A stretch of DNA of 64,000 nt. Origin: Camelus ferus (Eukaryota). The position numbers and the translations under genes are program-made. Of the stretch, positions 49,442 to 61,390 are shown one piece after another. How positions within the stretch are numbered: position 1 is the stretch's first letter; every line of letters begins with the position of its first letter. The stretch is taken from assembly GCF_009834535.1 (NCBI RefSeq), contig NC_045696.1, forward strand, positions 72,232,001 through 72,296,000, written 5' to 3'. Under the pieces are notes generated by a model, which searched no databases, had not been told where the DNA came from, and saw only the letters and a program-made list of their open reading frames with translations.

Positions 49442-49795
49442 CACTTATATGTTGAATCTAAAAAATGACACAAATGAACGTGTTCACAAAACAGAAACAG
49501 ACTTACAGACATAGATAATAAACTTATGGTTACTAGGGGAAAAAGAGGGTGGAATGGGATAAATTGGGAGCCTGAGATTTGCAGATACTGACCACTATAT
49601 ACAAAATAGGTAAACAGTAAGGTCCTACTGTATAGGACAGAGAATTATATTCAGTATCTTGTAAAAACCTATAATGAAAAAGAATATGAAAACAGTATAT
49701 ATATCTATAACTGAGTCACTATGCTGTACACCAGAAACTAACACAACATTGTAAATCAACTATACTTCAATTAAAAAAAAGTAAAAAGAAAAAAA
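49442..49795 (+). mobile_element. Nested L1 3' UTR insertion
   Basis: L1 3' end with poly(A) interrupting ORF2; TSD aagacagtctcttt (49428-49441) / aagacagtctgttt (49796-49809). Confidence 0.93.
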
Positions 49796-50274
49796 AAGAC
49801 AGTCTGTTTAACAAGTGGTGTGGGGACACCTAGGCAGCTACACATAAATCAATGAAATTAGAACACTGCTTCACAGAATATACACAGATAATCTCAAAGT
49901 GATTTAAAGACCCAAATATAAGACATGACACCATAAAACTCCTACAAGAGAACATAGGCAAAACATTCTCTGATGCAAATTGTAGCAATATTTTCTTAGA
50001 TCAGTCTCCCAAGGCAAAAGAAACAAAAGCAAAAATAAACAAATGGGACCTAATCAAATTTAAAAGCTTTTGCCCAGCAAAGGAAATCATCGACAAAATG
50101 AAAAGACAACCTATGGAATGGTAGAAAATATTTGCAAATGATGCTACCAACAAGGACTTAATATCCAATATATACAAGCAGCTCATTCAACTCAATGTGG
50201 AAAAAACAAACAGCCCAGTCAAAAAAACTGGCAGAAGACCGAAGCAGATATTTCTCCAAAGAAAACATACAGAT

Positions 50275-50412
50275 GGGTGAAGGTACAGATAGAGGGTAGA
50301 ACGCATGCTTAGCGTGCACAAGGTCCTGTGTTCGGTCCCCAGTACCTCCATTAACTAACTAAATAAATCTAATTATGCCCTCCCCCTTAAAATAAAAATA
50401 AATAAAAATAAA
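50275..50412 (+). mobile_element. Camelid tRNA-Ala-derived SINE nested in L1
   Basis: gtagaacgcatgcttagcgtgcacaaggtcctgtgttcggtccccagtacctcc; TSD aaagaaaacatacag / aaagaagacatacag. Confidence 0.9.
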
Positions 50413-51469
50413 AAAGAAGACATACAGGTCAGTAGGTACATGAAAAGATGCTCAACATCACTAATTATTAGAGAAATGCAAATCAAAACCACAATGAGGT
50501 ATCACCTCACATCAATCAGAATGGCCATCATCAAAAAGTCTACAAATAATAAACGCTGGAGAGGGTGTGGAGAAAAGGGGACCTTCCAATACTGCTGGTA
50601 GGAATGTAAATTGGTGCTGCCACTATGGAGAACAGTATGACAGTTCCTTAACTAAAAATAGACTTACCATATGATCCAGCAATTCCACTCCTGGGCATAT
50701 ATCCGGAAAAGACAAAAACTCTAATTCAAAAAGATACATGCACCCCCAATGTTCATAGCAGCACTATTCACAATAGCCAAGATATGGAAACAACAGATGA
50801 CTGGTTTAAGGATATGTGTCATATATATGTATAAAGGATATTACTCAGCCATAAATTAGAATGTAACATTGCCATCTGTAGCAACATGGATGGACCTAGA
50901 CTACCATATTAAGTGAAGTAAGTCATAGAAAGACAAATATTATATAATATCACTTATATGTGGAATCAGAAAATAATACAAATGAATCTATATACAAAAC
51001 AGAAGCAAATTCACAGACATAGAAAACAAACTTACAGTTAACAAAGGGAAGGGGAGGAGGGATAAAATAGGAATATGGGATTAACAGATATGAACTACTA
51101 TACATGAAATAGATAAGCAACAAGGATTTACTGTATAGCACAGGGAACAACATTCAATATCTTGTAATAACCTATAATGGAAAATAATCTGAAAAAATAT
51201 ATAGCTGAATCACTTTACTATACAGCTGAAACTAACACAATATTGTAAATCAACTATACTTCAATTAAAAAAAGAAAAGCAAAAAAAGGGAACAGTTTCC
51301 TCCATCATGGACCTCAACAGGCTCACAACAAAGAAAGGTTTTTTTCCCTTAAATGCTGTTTAATCTGTAGATTATTTCATGAAAAATATCTCAGTTCAAA
51401 TGACTCTGCCACTTTATCTGTTATTCCTCCTTAGAGAACATTGAGTTACCTCCTTCATGTAGCTATGAT

Positions 51470-51684
51470 AATGATGGTGATGTCATTAAATCACCTTTAG
51501 ACAGTATCTGGGAAGATAAAGCAGAAAAATGGAAAGAAACTAACGTGGTGACATTATTAGAGTCAACCTATGCTTAAAGCTTGAGCTGGGATTTTCAGTT
51601 TATATGAGTCAATGAATGATCTTCACTGTATAAGACAGATGTGGGTTTTAGTTACTTCCAGTTAAAAGCATCCTAATGAAAATA
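51470..51684 (+). mobile_element. MLT1 (old MaLR) LTR 3' remnant
   Basis: gcagaaaaatggaaagaaac..ggtgacatt..ttttcagtt..gttacttccagttaaaagcatcctaatga. Confidence 0.65.
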
Positions 51685-52286
51685 TCTCCATTTAAAGTAT
51701 AACTTGAACATATGTCTCAGATACAGGTTCATTACTTCTGAGGTTTAGTAAACCGCAGTTCTAGGTCACACTTTCTGCTTTAAGAAAACCAATTCTACAA
51801 AAATCCAGGTTTATAAAATAGTAAATTATTTGCATTTTAAAAGGAGTTTTAAAGTTTTATAGGAGACTCACTAGAAGGTTTCATTATTTAGCCATTTTCT
51901 CCAGTGAATTAAAAAAATGTGATTTCCCTGATGTATCACCTAATGTACTTTTTCAGGGACATACCAGTTGTGTGAGGTGTAAGCCTGCCTGTTCCTGCTT
52001 CTGGGTATTTTACTCAACCTCAGAGGGTCTAGCAGTAGGCAACCTTCTGGGCAGATACCTGAGTTTCCTCCAGGAGTTAGTTGGAAGCTTGCAAAGAGTC
52101 TGGGATTTATCATTAGATATTTCTGCTCTCAAGCAAAAAGGGATGATTAGACAGCACGTACAGTTTCTGAAGATTTTTGAGGGATATTCCTGGAGCTGTG
52201 AATTTAGCAAGTGTGTGTTCACCCAGTTGCTCATCATTCTAGAAGTGCACAGTGACTTGGATCCTTTTAACTTTAGGGCTTGTAAG

Positions 52287-52357
52287 TAGGGTGACTACAT
52301 GTCCTGATTTGCCCAGGACAGCACCAGTTTATGCCACCGTAATTATTAACACCCTCC
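52287..52357. mobile_element. hAT-Blackjack (MER81/MER94-like) terminal fragment
   Basis: tagggtgactacatgtcctgatttgcccaggacag resembles Blackjack terminal inverted repeats. Confidence 0.7.
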
Positions 52358-53106
52358 TCCACCCGTTCTTACTTATCTACTTCATGATTGGGGGAGCACC
52401 AGCACAGAAAGGCGCACAAATCAAAATAAGCTGGAGTAACAGAACAGCATAAGAAAGATGGAACAGGTCAGCATGTGGAAAACCAGAGTAGAAGCTACAG
52501 CAATAATTATGTATGGAGAGCTTTTTAATTCACTATCACATAAACAAAAATGGGGTTTATTTTTCAGCAAGGTTAACAGTGAAGGCACTGCTCTGACTTT
52601 TGAGATGAAGACAAAAGACTGAAATACATTTAATAAACTCAGTAACAATTAGCCAATGGCTAGAAGTGATATAGATCAATAATACAGGTGTCAGCTCCTA
52701 GGGCACAGAGTGATTAACTTCCTTTTTGCATCTTGCTCATTCATCACATCACACTTACTTTTGAGCCCCACCTTGACCTCAGTCTCCCTCTGCTGCAGCC
52801 ACTGCCAATTGTTGAGAGCTGGCACAAGATAACACCTACTTGTGCTCCTTGTTATTTCATTCTATCTGCTCCTGACATCAACTGACGCCTAAGTCACTGT
52901 TAGGGCATTTTGTCAACTGCAAAGCTTTGGGAGGAGAGGAGACCAAAGGATTCATTCATTCATTCTTTTCAACAAATACTTATGTTTCATGAAGAAAAGG
53001 AGAGAGACTGAATTCACAGATGTTAACGAAAAGTAACATCTGACCTCAAGGTGGGCAGAGGTGAAGAACTACAAGGTTTCCAAGACAGCAGCAACCACGA
53101 ACTCAC

Positions 53107-53235
53107 CTGTAAGAAGGAAAGTGTAGTGCTCATCTTCTTCCACAGAGGGGCACTCCGAGCTCATCGCTGCAAACGCCCGCTGTGTTGTTTCAGTGAGCGG
53201 TTGGGGAAAGAGCGCTTCCAGTCTTTTCTCAACAC
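53107..53235 (-). other. Candidate 129-nt exon of an unidentified transcript
   Basis: Minus strand: acceptor ttttaattttatccacttaataatccctag|G at 53235 and consensus donor CAG|GTGAGT at 53107; CpG-retaining sequence. Confidence 0.35.
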
Positions 53236-53839
53236 CTAGGGATTATTAAGTGGATAAAATTAAAAGTACATTGGCAGGGCTCTGTGTGAATGAGGCAAAG
53301 CCATTTTAACACCAATCCCTATGTTTCCACCAACTTATTCTAAATTAATTCGTGTTTAAAAATGTAACAGAAATGTGTTAAATTTGAGAACAAATTAGAT
53401 TTCAGATCTGTTTGGGTCTTCCATTATACGGAGCTGAAATAATTATACAAAAGATAGAATAATTTGGGGGCAAACTGATTCTCATTCAAACCTTTAGTAT
53501 GGCCTATAAGAAAAACTCTAGTCAGCTACGTCAAACGCTCATGCCTTCATCAGAATAGACAATATAGAATTCAAATTACATCTTGGATAAGCAGAATTTT
53601 AGACATGAGTCAGGTCTCAACACATATTCAATATCTTTATCCCTGTGTCTGGGACAAAAATTTTTCAGTATTTCCAAAGGCCCGATGGCGGTTTCCAAAA
53701 TCAGCAGTGGAAGTAGGTGGGACCTCGCTGCTTTGAAGCAAATACAAGCCTGTGGGGTGGGCCTAATCATTTGTTTCTCACATTACAAAATGAAACCGTG
53801 AAAGGGGCGACCCTTACCTTTACTAGTAAATAAAAAAAG

Positions 53840-54640
53840 ACTTTGAGGACTAAATCCGGGAAGGCTGGCGTCAGTGTCACCCGGCGTGCTGACCCCCTTC
53901 AGAAGAGCGGAGCGCGGCGGCCAGGAGCCCCCTGCGCCGAACCCGCGCGTTTCCGCCCGCGAGGAGTGCGCCGGCGGCTCCCCACCGCTCTCCCGGGCAA
54001 ACGGAAAGGGCTAACTGGTTTGCAATTGAACGGCGAGTTTAAAAGGTAGCATTAAAAGCCCAAGGGGGCAGCAGCCCAGATTGTGGAGCAGGCAGAGCGG
54101 CGGGCTTTGAGCGTCCCCGGGGCGAAAGGGGAAGGGGCGGCGCGCCGAGCCGCAGGCAGATGGATCCCGGGCTCCCGCGGCCCGCGCGTAGGGGGCGGCC
54201 GCATCCACCTCTTCGCGTTCCGTTTAAGTTTATTCTGGGCCGCCGCGAGCTGCAGCAGGAAATGTTCAGTCTTTCATGTCCGCTGGCGGGTTGCAGTTTT
54301 GCACCTCCCGGCGAGCACTGATTAGTCGGTTGAGTTCTGCGGCGTTTGAAGTTCACCATTTATTATTAAAGAGAAGTGGCAGTGATTAGTGATCAGAGTC
54401 CTCAGAGAGCTAGGTAAATATTTACTAAATAAGAAGGTTCAGCCCTACAGAAACGGCTGGAACAGGGCTTTGAAATCCCGGCGAGGGTCCGAGGTGCCGC
54501 CCCTAAGCAGGAAGTGGAGTTGCGGGCTTCCTGATGGAGGCTGTCATCTGCAGACGGCGGTCGGCCGGAGACCTTTGTGAGTCAGGGCAAAACGAAGAAA
54601 ATCTCAGCCCCGAGTCCAACTCGGTGGTCTGCGGTTTTAA
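53840..54640. promoter_or_regulatory. CpG island, probable promoter or regulatory element
   Basis: Only strongly CpG-dense, GC-rich stretch in the window; GC boxes (ggggcgg), ETS CAGGAAGTG 54508-54516, AP-1 TGAGTCA 54578-54584. Confidence 0.85.
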
Positions 54641-54999
54641 AAGATTTATATAGGCTGTAATTTTTTTTTTATAAAGGCAGAGGTGAATGTCGAGCTAAAC
54701 TTCCAATCTTCCTTTAAAAACAACACAAACAGTAAAGTAGCATTTTATTGCTCAGTTAGGATTGATTTGTATTGCTTTCAACATTAGGAGGATTTTCTTA
54801 TTCGCGGTATGCTTCAAACTATATCCAAATTGTATACCCAAACATTAAAAAGAGCATATTTGGACGATTTATTTGGCAAATAACTTACAAAATGGCATGT
54901 GTCAAAAGCATTCGTATTGGTTATTTTAAAAGCTTTTCCCCTTAATTTTTAGACTAACAGTTTAGAAAATGTAGAATGTACATATATGGACACATTGAT

Positions 55000-55380
55000 A
55001 TCATGCTATCCATATCTCCAGTTTGGTATCATGATTTTGTCAGCCACATTTTTTTCCACGAGAATTTTCTAATGACAAATATTTTTAGAAAACGTTACCG
55101 GTTACTAACATTAAGGTGGTTTCCAGCCTCCACTATTGCAAATAACACAATTAACATTGTTGTACATTAATCCATTTGCATCTTTCTGATTATTTCCTTA
55201 GGAAAAATTCCTAGGTATAGAATTACCAAGACAAAGCATATGAAAAAATTCACATATAAGTGACTTTATGCAGTGTGTGTCTTTCTCTGTTGGGCTTATT
55301 TCACTTAGCATAGTGCCCTCTAAGTTTATCCATGTTGTTGCAAGTGTCAAAATTCCCTTCTTTTGATGAGGCTGAATAAT
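55000..55380 (-). mobile_element. Old L1 (L1ME-like and L1MA-like) 3' fragments
   Basis: aggtggtttccag..tatttccttaggaaaaattcctag; cacatataagtga..gcttatttcacttagcata..atccatgttgttgcaa. Confidence 0.8.
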
Positions 55381-58300
55381 TTTTTTTCCTTTTTTTTTTT
55401 TAATAGAAGTCTAGTCAGTCTACATTGTTGTAGTGTTTCAGTCATACATATACATACATATATTTCTTTTTATATTCTTTTTCATTTAGGTTACTACAAG
55501 ATATTGACTATTATATATAGTAGTTAGTATCTGCCAATCTCAAACTCCCAATTTATCCCTTCCCACCCGCTTTGTCCCTGGTAACTGTAAGTTTGTTTTC
55601 TACATCTGTGGGTCTGTTTCTGTTTTGTAAATAAGTTCACTTATATCTTTTTTTAGATTCCACACATAAGTGATATATGGTATTTTTCTTTCTCTTTCTG
55701 GATTACTTCACTTAGACTGATGATCTCCAGATCCATCCATGTTGCTGCAGATGGCATTATTTTATTCTTTTTCCATGGCTGAGTAGTATTCCATTGTATA
55801 AATATACCACAACTTCTTTTTTCAGTCACCTGTTGATGGACATTTAGTTTGTTTTCATGTCTTGGCTATTGTAAATAGTGCTGCTATGAAAATTGGAGTG
55901 CATGTATCTTTTCAAATTAGAGTTCCCTCTGGATATATGCCCAGAAGTGGGATTGCCAGATCATATGGTTAGTCCATTTTTAGTCTTTTGCAGAATCTCC
56001 ATACTGTTTTCCATATTGGCTGCACCAAACTACATTCCCACCAACAGCAAAGGAAGGTTCCATTTCCTCCACACCCTCTCCAGCATTTATTATTTGTGGA
56101 CTTTTTAATGATGGCCATTCTAACTGGTGTGAGGTGATACCTCACTATAGTTTTGATTTGCATTTCTCTGATAATTAGTGATATTGAGCATTTTTTCATG
56201 TGCCCACTGGCTATTTGTATATCTTCAATGGAGAATTATTTGTTTAGGTCTTCTGCCCATTTTTGGATTGGGTTGTTTGTTTTTTGGTTATTAAGCTGTA
56301 TGAACTGTTTGTATATTCTGGAAATTAAGCCCTTGTCAGTTGCATCATTTTCAAATATTTTCTCCCATTCCTTATGTTGTCTTTTTGTTTTTTTTATGGT
56401 TTCCTTTGCTGTGCAAAAGCTTATAAGTTTAAATAGGTCCCATTTGCTTATTTTTGCTTTTATTTCTATTGCCTGGATAGACTGCCCCAGGAGAACATTG
56501 TTAAGATTTATGTCAGAAAACATTTTGCCTATGTTTTCTTCTAGGAGGTTTACCATGTCTTGTCTTATGTATAATTCTTTAAGCCATTTTGAATTTATTT
56601 TTGTGTATGGTGTGAGGGAATATTCTAACTTCACTGATTTACATGCGGCTGTCCAGTTTTCCAAACACCACTTGCTGAAGAGACTGTCTTTTCTCCATTG
56701 TATATTCTTACCTCCTTTGTCTAAGATTAATTGACCATAAGTATGTGGGTTTATTTCTGTGCTTTCTATTCTATTCCATTGATCCATATGTCTGTTTTTG
56801 TACCAATACTATGCTGTTTTGATTACCATGGCTCTGTAGTATTGTCTGAAGTCTGGGAGGGTTATTCCTCCAGCTTCATTCTTTTTCTACAGTATTGCTT
56901 TGGCAATTCTGGGGCTTTCGTGATTCCATATAAATTTTAGGATTATTTGTTCTAGCTCTGTGAAAAATGTTATGAGTAATTTGATAGGGATCACATTAAA
57001 TCTGTAGATTGCTTTGGGTAGTATGGCCATTTTAACAATATTCATTCTTCCAATCCAAGAGCATGAGATATCTTTCCATTTCTTTGAATCATCTTCAATT
57101 TCCTTTATCATGTTTGACAGTTCTCTGTGTATAAGTCTTTCACTTCCTTGGTCAGGTTTATTCCTAAGTATTTTAATTCTGTTTGATGCAATTTAAAAAA
57201 GGATTTTAAGAAAATGTCCCTTTCTGATATTTCATTGTTAGTATAAAAAAATGCAATTGATTTCTGTATGTTAATCTTTATCCTGCTACCTTGCTCAATT
57301 CATTTATCAGTTCTAGTAGTTTTTGTGTGGAGTCTTTAGGGTTTCTATTTATAGTATCATATCTGCATATAATGACAATTTTACCTTTTCCCTTCCGATT
57401 TGGACACCTTTTTTCTTTTTCTTGTTTGATTGCTGTGACCAGGACTTCCAATACTATGTTGAGTAAAAGTGGTGAGAGTGGGCATTTGTGTCTTGTTCCA
57501 AATTTTAGCGGGAAGGCTGTCAGCTTTTCAACATTGAGTATTATGTTGGCTGTGGGTTCGTCATAAGTAGCTTTTATTATGCTGAGATATGTTCCCTCTA
57601 TACCCACTTTGGTGAGAGCTTTTTTTTTTTAATATCATGAATGGCTATAGAATTGTATCAAATGCATTTTCTGCAAACATTGATGATGTGGTTTTGTCTT
57701 TTTCCTTTGTTGATATAGTGTATCACATTGATTGATTTGCATATATTGAACCATCTTTGTGATCCTGGGATGAATCCAACTTGATTATGGTGTATGATAC
57801 TTTTTATGTGTTGGATTTGGTTTACTAATATTTTGTTGAGGATTTTTGCACCTATTGTCATCAAATTGACCTGTAATTTTCCTTTTTGGTATTGTCTTTG
57901 TCTGGTTTTGGTATCAGTGTGATGGTGGCTTCACAGAATGAGTTTGGGAGTGTTCCTTCTTCAGTCTTTTGGAAGAGTTTGAGAAAGATCAGTATAAGTT
58001 CTTCTTTGTATGTTTGGTAGAATTCCCTCAGTGTTAAGCTATCTGGTCCTGGACTTTTGTTTGCAGGAGTTTTTAAGTTACGCATTCCATTTCAGTTCTA
58101 GTTTTTGGTCTGTTCAAATTACCTATTTCTTCTTAATTCAGTTTTGGTGGGCTATATGTTCCTAGAAACTTGTCCACTTTTTCTAGGTTGTCCAATTTGT
58201 TGGCATATAATTGTTCATAGTATTCTCTTATTTTTGGGGGGGTGGTAATTAGATTTGTTTGTTTGTTTGTTTTTATGGCGGTACTGGGGATTGAACCCAG

Positions 58301-60365
58301 CACCTTGAGCATGCTAAGCACATGCTCTACCACTGAGCTATACCCTCCTCCCCTCTTATTTTTATTTTTTATTTTTTTGTATATCTGTGGTATTGGTTAT
58401 TTCTCCTCTTGCATTTTAAAAATTTTGTTTATTTGGGTCCTCTCTCTTTTCTTATTGGTGCCTTGGAGCCTGGCCAGAGGTTTGTCGATTTTGTTTACCC
58501 TTTCAAAGAACCAGCTCTTGGTTTTATTTTGCTCTATTGTTGTTTTAAATCTCTATTTTTGTCTATTTCCTCTCTGGTCTTTATTATTTCCCTCCTCCTG
58601 CTGACTTTAGGTTTTGTTTGTCTTTCTTTTTCTAATTCTTTTAGGTGCTGGGTTAGGCTACTTATTCAAGATTTTTCTTGTTTTTTGAGGAAGGTGTGTA
58701 TTCTTATTCCTCTAAGAACTACTTTTGCTGCATCCCATAGGTTTTGTATTTTAGGTGGTAGGTTAGGTTGTTTATTTGCGATTTTTCTTATTTTTTTGAG
58801 AAAGGCCTGTATCCCTATGAACTTCCCTCTTATATCTGCTTTTTCTGCATCCCATAGATTTTGTGTGGTTGTTTTCATTGTCATTTGTCTCAAGGTATTT
58901 TTTTAATTTCCTCCTTGATTTCAACCTTGACCCAGTGGTTTTTTAGTAGCATCTTGTTTAGTCTCCATATAATCAATTTTTTTTTTCATTTCTCTTTCTG
59001 TGGTTGATTTCTAGTTTCATGCCATTGTGGTCAGAAAAGATGCTTGAAATAATTTCTGTCCCCTTAAATTTGTTGAGGTTTGTTTTACGTCTTAGTATGT
59101 GGTCTATCCTAGAGAATGTTCCATGTGTACTTGAAAAGAATGTGTATTCTGTTTCTTTTGGATGTAATGTCCTCAAAATATTAATTAGGGCTAACTGTTC
59201 TATTGTGTCATTTAGGTTCTTGTTGCTTTATTCATTTTCTGTCTTGAAGATCTGTCCGTTGGTGGCAGTAGGGTGTTAAAGTCTCCTAATGTTATTTTAT
59301 TCCCATCAATTTCTCCTTTTATGTGTGTTAGTATTTGTTTTATGCCCTTAGGCTCTCCTATATTGGATGCATATATGTTAGCAAGTATAATATCCTCTTC
59401 TGTTGCTGCTCCTTTTATCATTATACAGTATCCTTCTTTATCTTTCTTTATGGCCTTTGTTTTAAAGTCTATTTTGTCTGATACTAGTATTGTTACCCCC
59501 ACTTTCTTATCATTTCCTTTTGCATGAAATATCTTTTTATGTCCACTCACATTCAATCTGTATGTGTCATTTGTCCTAAAGTGGGTCTCTTATAGGCAGC
59601 ATATTGTAGGCTTTTGTTTTATTATTCAATGTGCAACTCTGTGTCTTTTGATCAGAGAATTTAGTCCATTGACATTTAAGGTAATTATTGATAGGTATGT
59701 CTTTATTGCCATTTTAAACCTTGTTTTCCAGTTGATTTTGTATTTCTTCTTTGTTCCACTCTTTTTCTTTTTCCTTTTGTGGCTTGATTTTCTTTTGTAT
59801 TATGCTTGAATTCTCTTCTTTTTGTGAATCTATTGTGTGTTTTGGATTTGTGGTTACTCTGGTTTTCAAGTATATTACCCATTATTATACCTAATTGCTT
59901 TAGATTGGTAGTCATAGAAGTTCAAACACATTCTAAAAAAGTACATTTTCTTACTCCCCTCCTCAACATTTTATGATTTTGATGTTTTATTTTACATCTT
60001 CATGTTTATCCTTTTGCTGTTTATTATAGTTACAACCACTTTCACAATTTTTTTTGATTTTTATGAAATCTATGTACTGGCTTATTTAAGTGATCTACAA
60101 TCCTTTTTATACATTTGCTCTTCCTATTGTGATTTTCTATTTCCTGTAGTTCTTTCTCCTTTTCTATTTAGAGAACACCTTTCAATATTTCTTTTAGGAT
60201 AAGTTTAATATTGCTGTATTCTTTTATCTTTTGCTTGTCTGAGAAATTCTTTATCTCTCCTTCTATTCTACATGATAATCTTGCTAGGTAGAGTATCCTA
60301 GGTTGCTGGTTTTTCACTTTTGGGACTTTGAATATATCTTGCCACTCCCTTCTGGCCTGCACCAT
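55381..60365 (-). mobile_element. ~5 kb 5'-truncated L1 (ORF1 C-terminus, disrupted ORF2, 3' UTR, poly(A))
   Basis: ORF track gives ORF1 (60168-60365, QARREWQDIFKV), endonuclease (59212-59556, GDFNT), RT (57278-58085) and C-terminal (55969-57111) pieces, broken by frameshifts and stops. Confidence 0.98.
58236..58352 (-). mobile_element. Camelid tRNA-Ala-derived SINE nested in L1 ORF2
   Basis: Reverse-complement head gggtatagctcagtggtagagcatgtgcttagcatgc; TSD ctcttattttt (58225-58235, 58353-58363). Confidence 0.93.
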
Positions 60366-60484
60366 TTGTACTACAGATCTTTTCTTGTCTAAAAACCCTG
60401 CTTGACATTCTAGTAATCTTTGATTTTTAACATAGTATGGTTAAAAAACAGCACACATGATTTAGAGAAGTTGTTGACAATCAT

Positions 60485-60600
60485 TGGGCTCTGTGAGTTG
60501 ATAGTACATCCTTGTTTTGCAAAAGAAGAGAGATAAGGCCCAGAAAGGTCAAAGGAGCTTATTACAAATGTTGGGGTCGGGGGAGAATTAAACAAAAACT
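60485..60600 (-). mobile_element. MIR remnant
   Basis: ctgtgagttg..atccttgttttgcaaaaga..aaggcccagaaaggtcaa. Confidence 0.5.
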
Positions 60601-61277
60601 TCCTTATTAATTTAGAATAACAATAAGTAATTTACACCTTAGATTGCAGGTATTAGCTACATGCTTATTTTGTTTTGTGCAATGTATAGGATAGAATCCC
60701 ATGTAAATAGATGCTTAAGAAATGTATTTGACAATGATTCTTCCTGATGCATTAATTGCCATTGACAGCTAAAAAAACCCTTCTAAATACATATAAAGAA
60801 ACTCACAATATTGGCAGCCTCTTACATGAGTCTTTAGCTCTTCCTGGAAGCAATAGAGATGGTAACTTATGTGCCCCACAGGTAAAGTACTCTTTATTAG
60901 ATAAAATGTGAAACTTAATATTTGTTGTCCTGAATTGCTGCTTTTAGCAGAAAAATAAAAAGTACATAATAGTTTAAAAACACTGATTTATTAAAGCTTT
61001 ACATAGGATCCTAAATTTTTTGGTTTATACCTAACTCAAAAGAGTGTTTGGTACTGGGGTTTCATTACCCTGTTTTAAAAAGTCGTTTGCAATTCCAGTC
61101 ACTCTTCTTTCTGGAATATGGTTACTTCCCTTAAAAAGCAAACAGAGGTTAAGTACTACAGTATAATATAGTTCATATTTTTAAATTCATTGCTTTAGAA
61201 CTTGTTTTTTTCATTGTTAACTTAATATTTTTTATTAAGCATTCTCTAAACATCCAGATTGTTTCTAGGAAGACTAT

Positions 61278-61390
61278 GTGTTTCCAACTTGAATATCAGC
61301 CCTTTGAGGGTAGGAAAGATTCTGTATTTCTGAATATGCTTCACACAACAAAACACATAGTAGCTATTCATGAATGTTATTTGAATAAAA
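61278..61390 (+). mobile_element. L2 3' end remnant
   Basis: ttccaacttgaatatcagccctttgagggtagga..cacatagtag..tgaatgttatttgaat. Confidence 0.65.

Larger units (their letters stand above)
48703..51282 (+). mobile_element. Artiodactyl-type L1, 5'-truncated, with nested L1 and SINE insertions
   Basis: ORF2 fragments [17 protein letters not shown] and [23 protein letters not shown]; 3' UTR and poly(A); probable TSD aaaaaggga. Confidence 0.96.

Noticed and set aside
53843..54580. Arg/Gly/Pro-rich ORFs on both strands
   Set aside because: Expected by-product of high GC content in the CpG island; no recognisable homology
55893..60365. Many ORFs up to 193 aa, including endonuclease and RT motifs
   Set aside because: Sense and antisense fragments of one disrupted, 5'-truncated L1; neither a gene nor an active element
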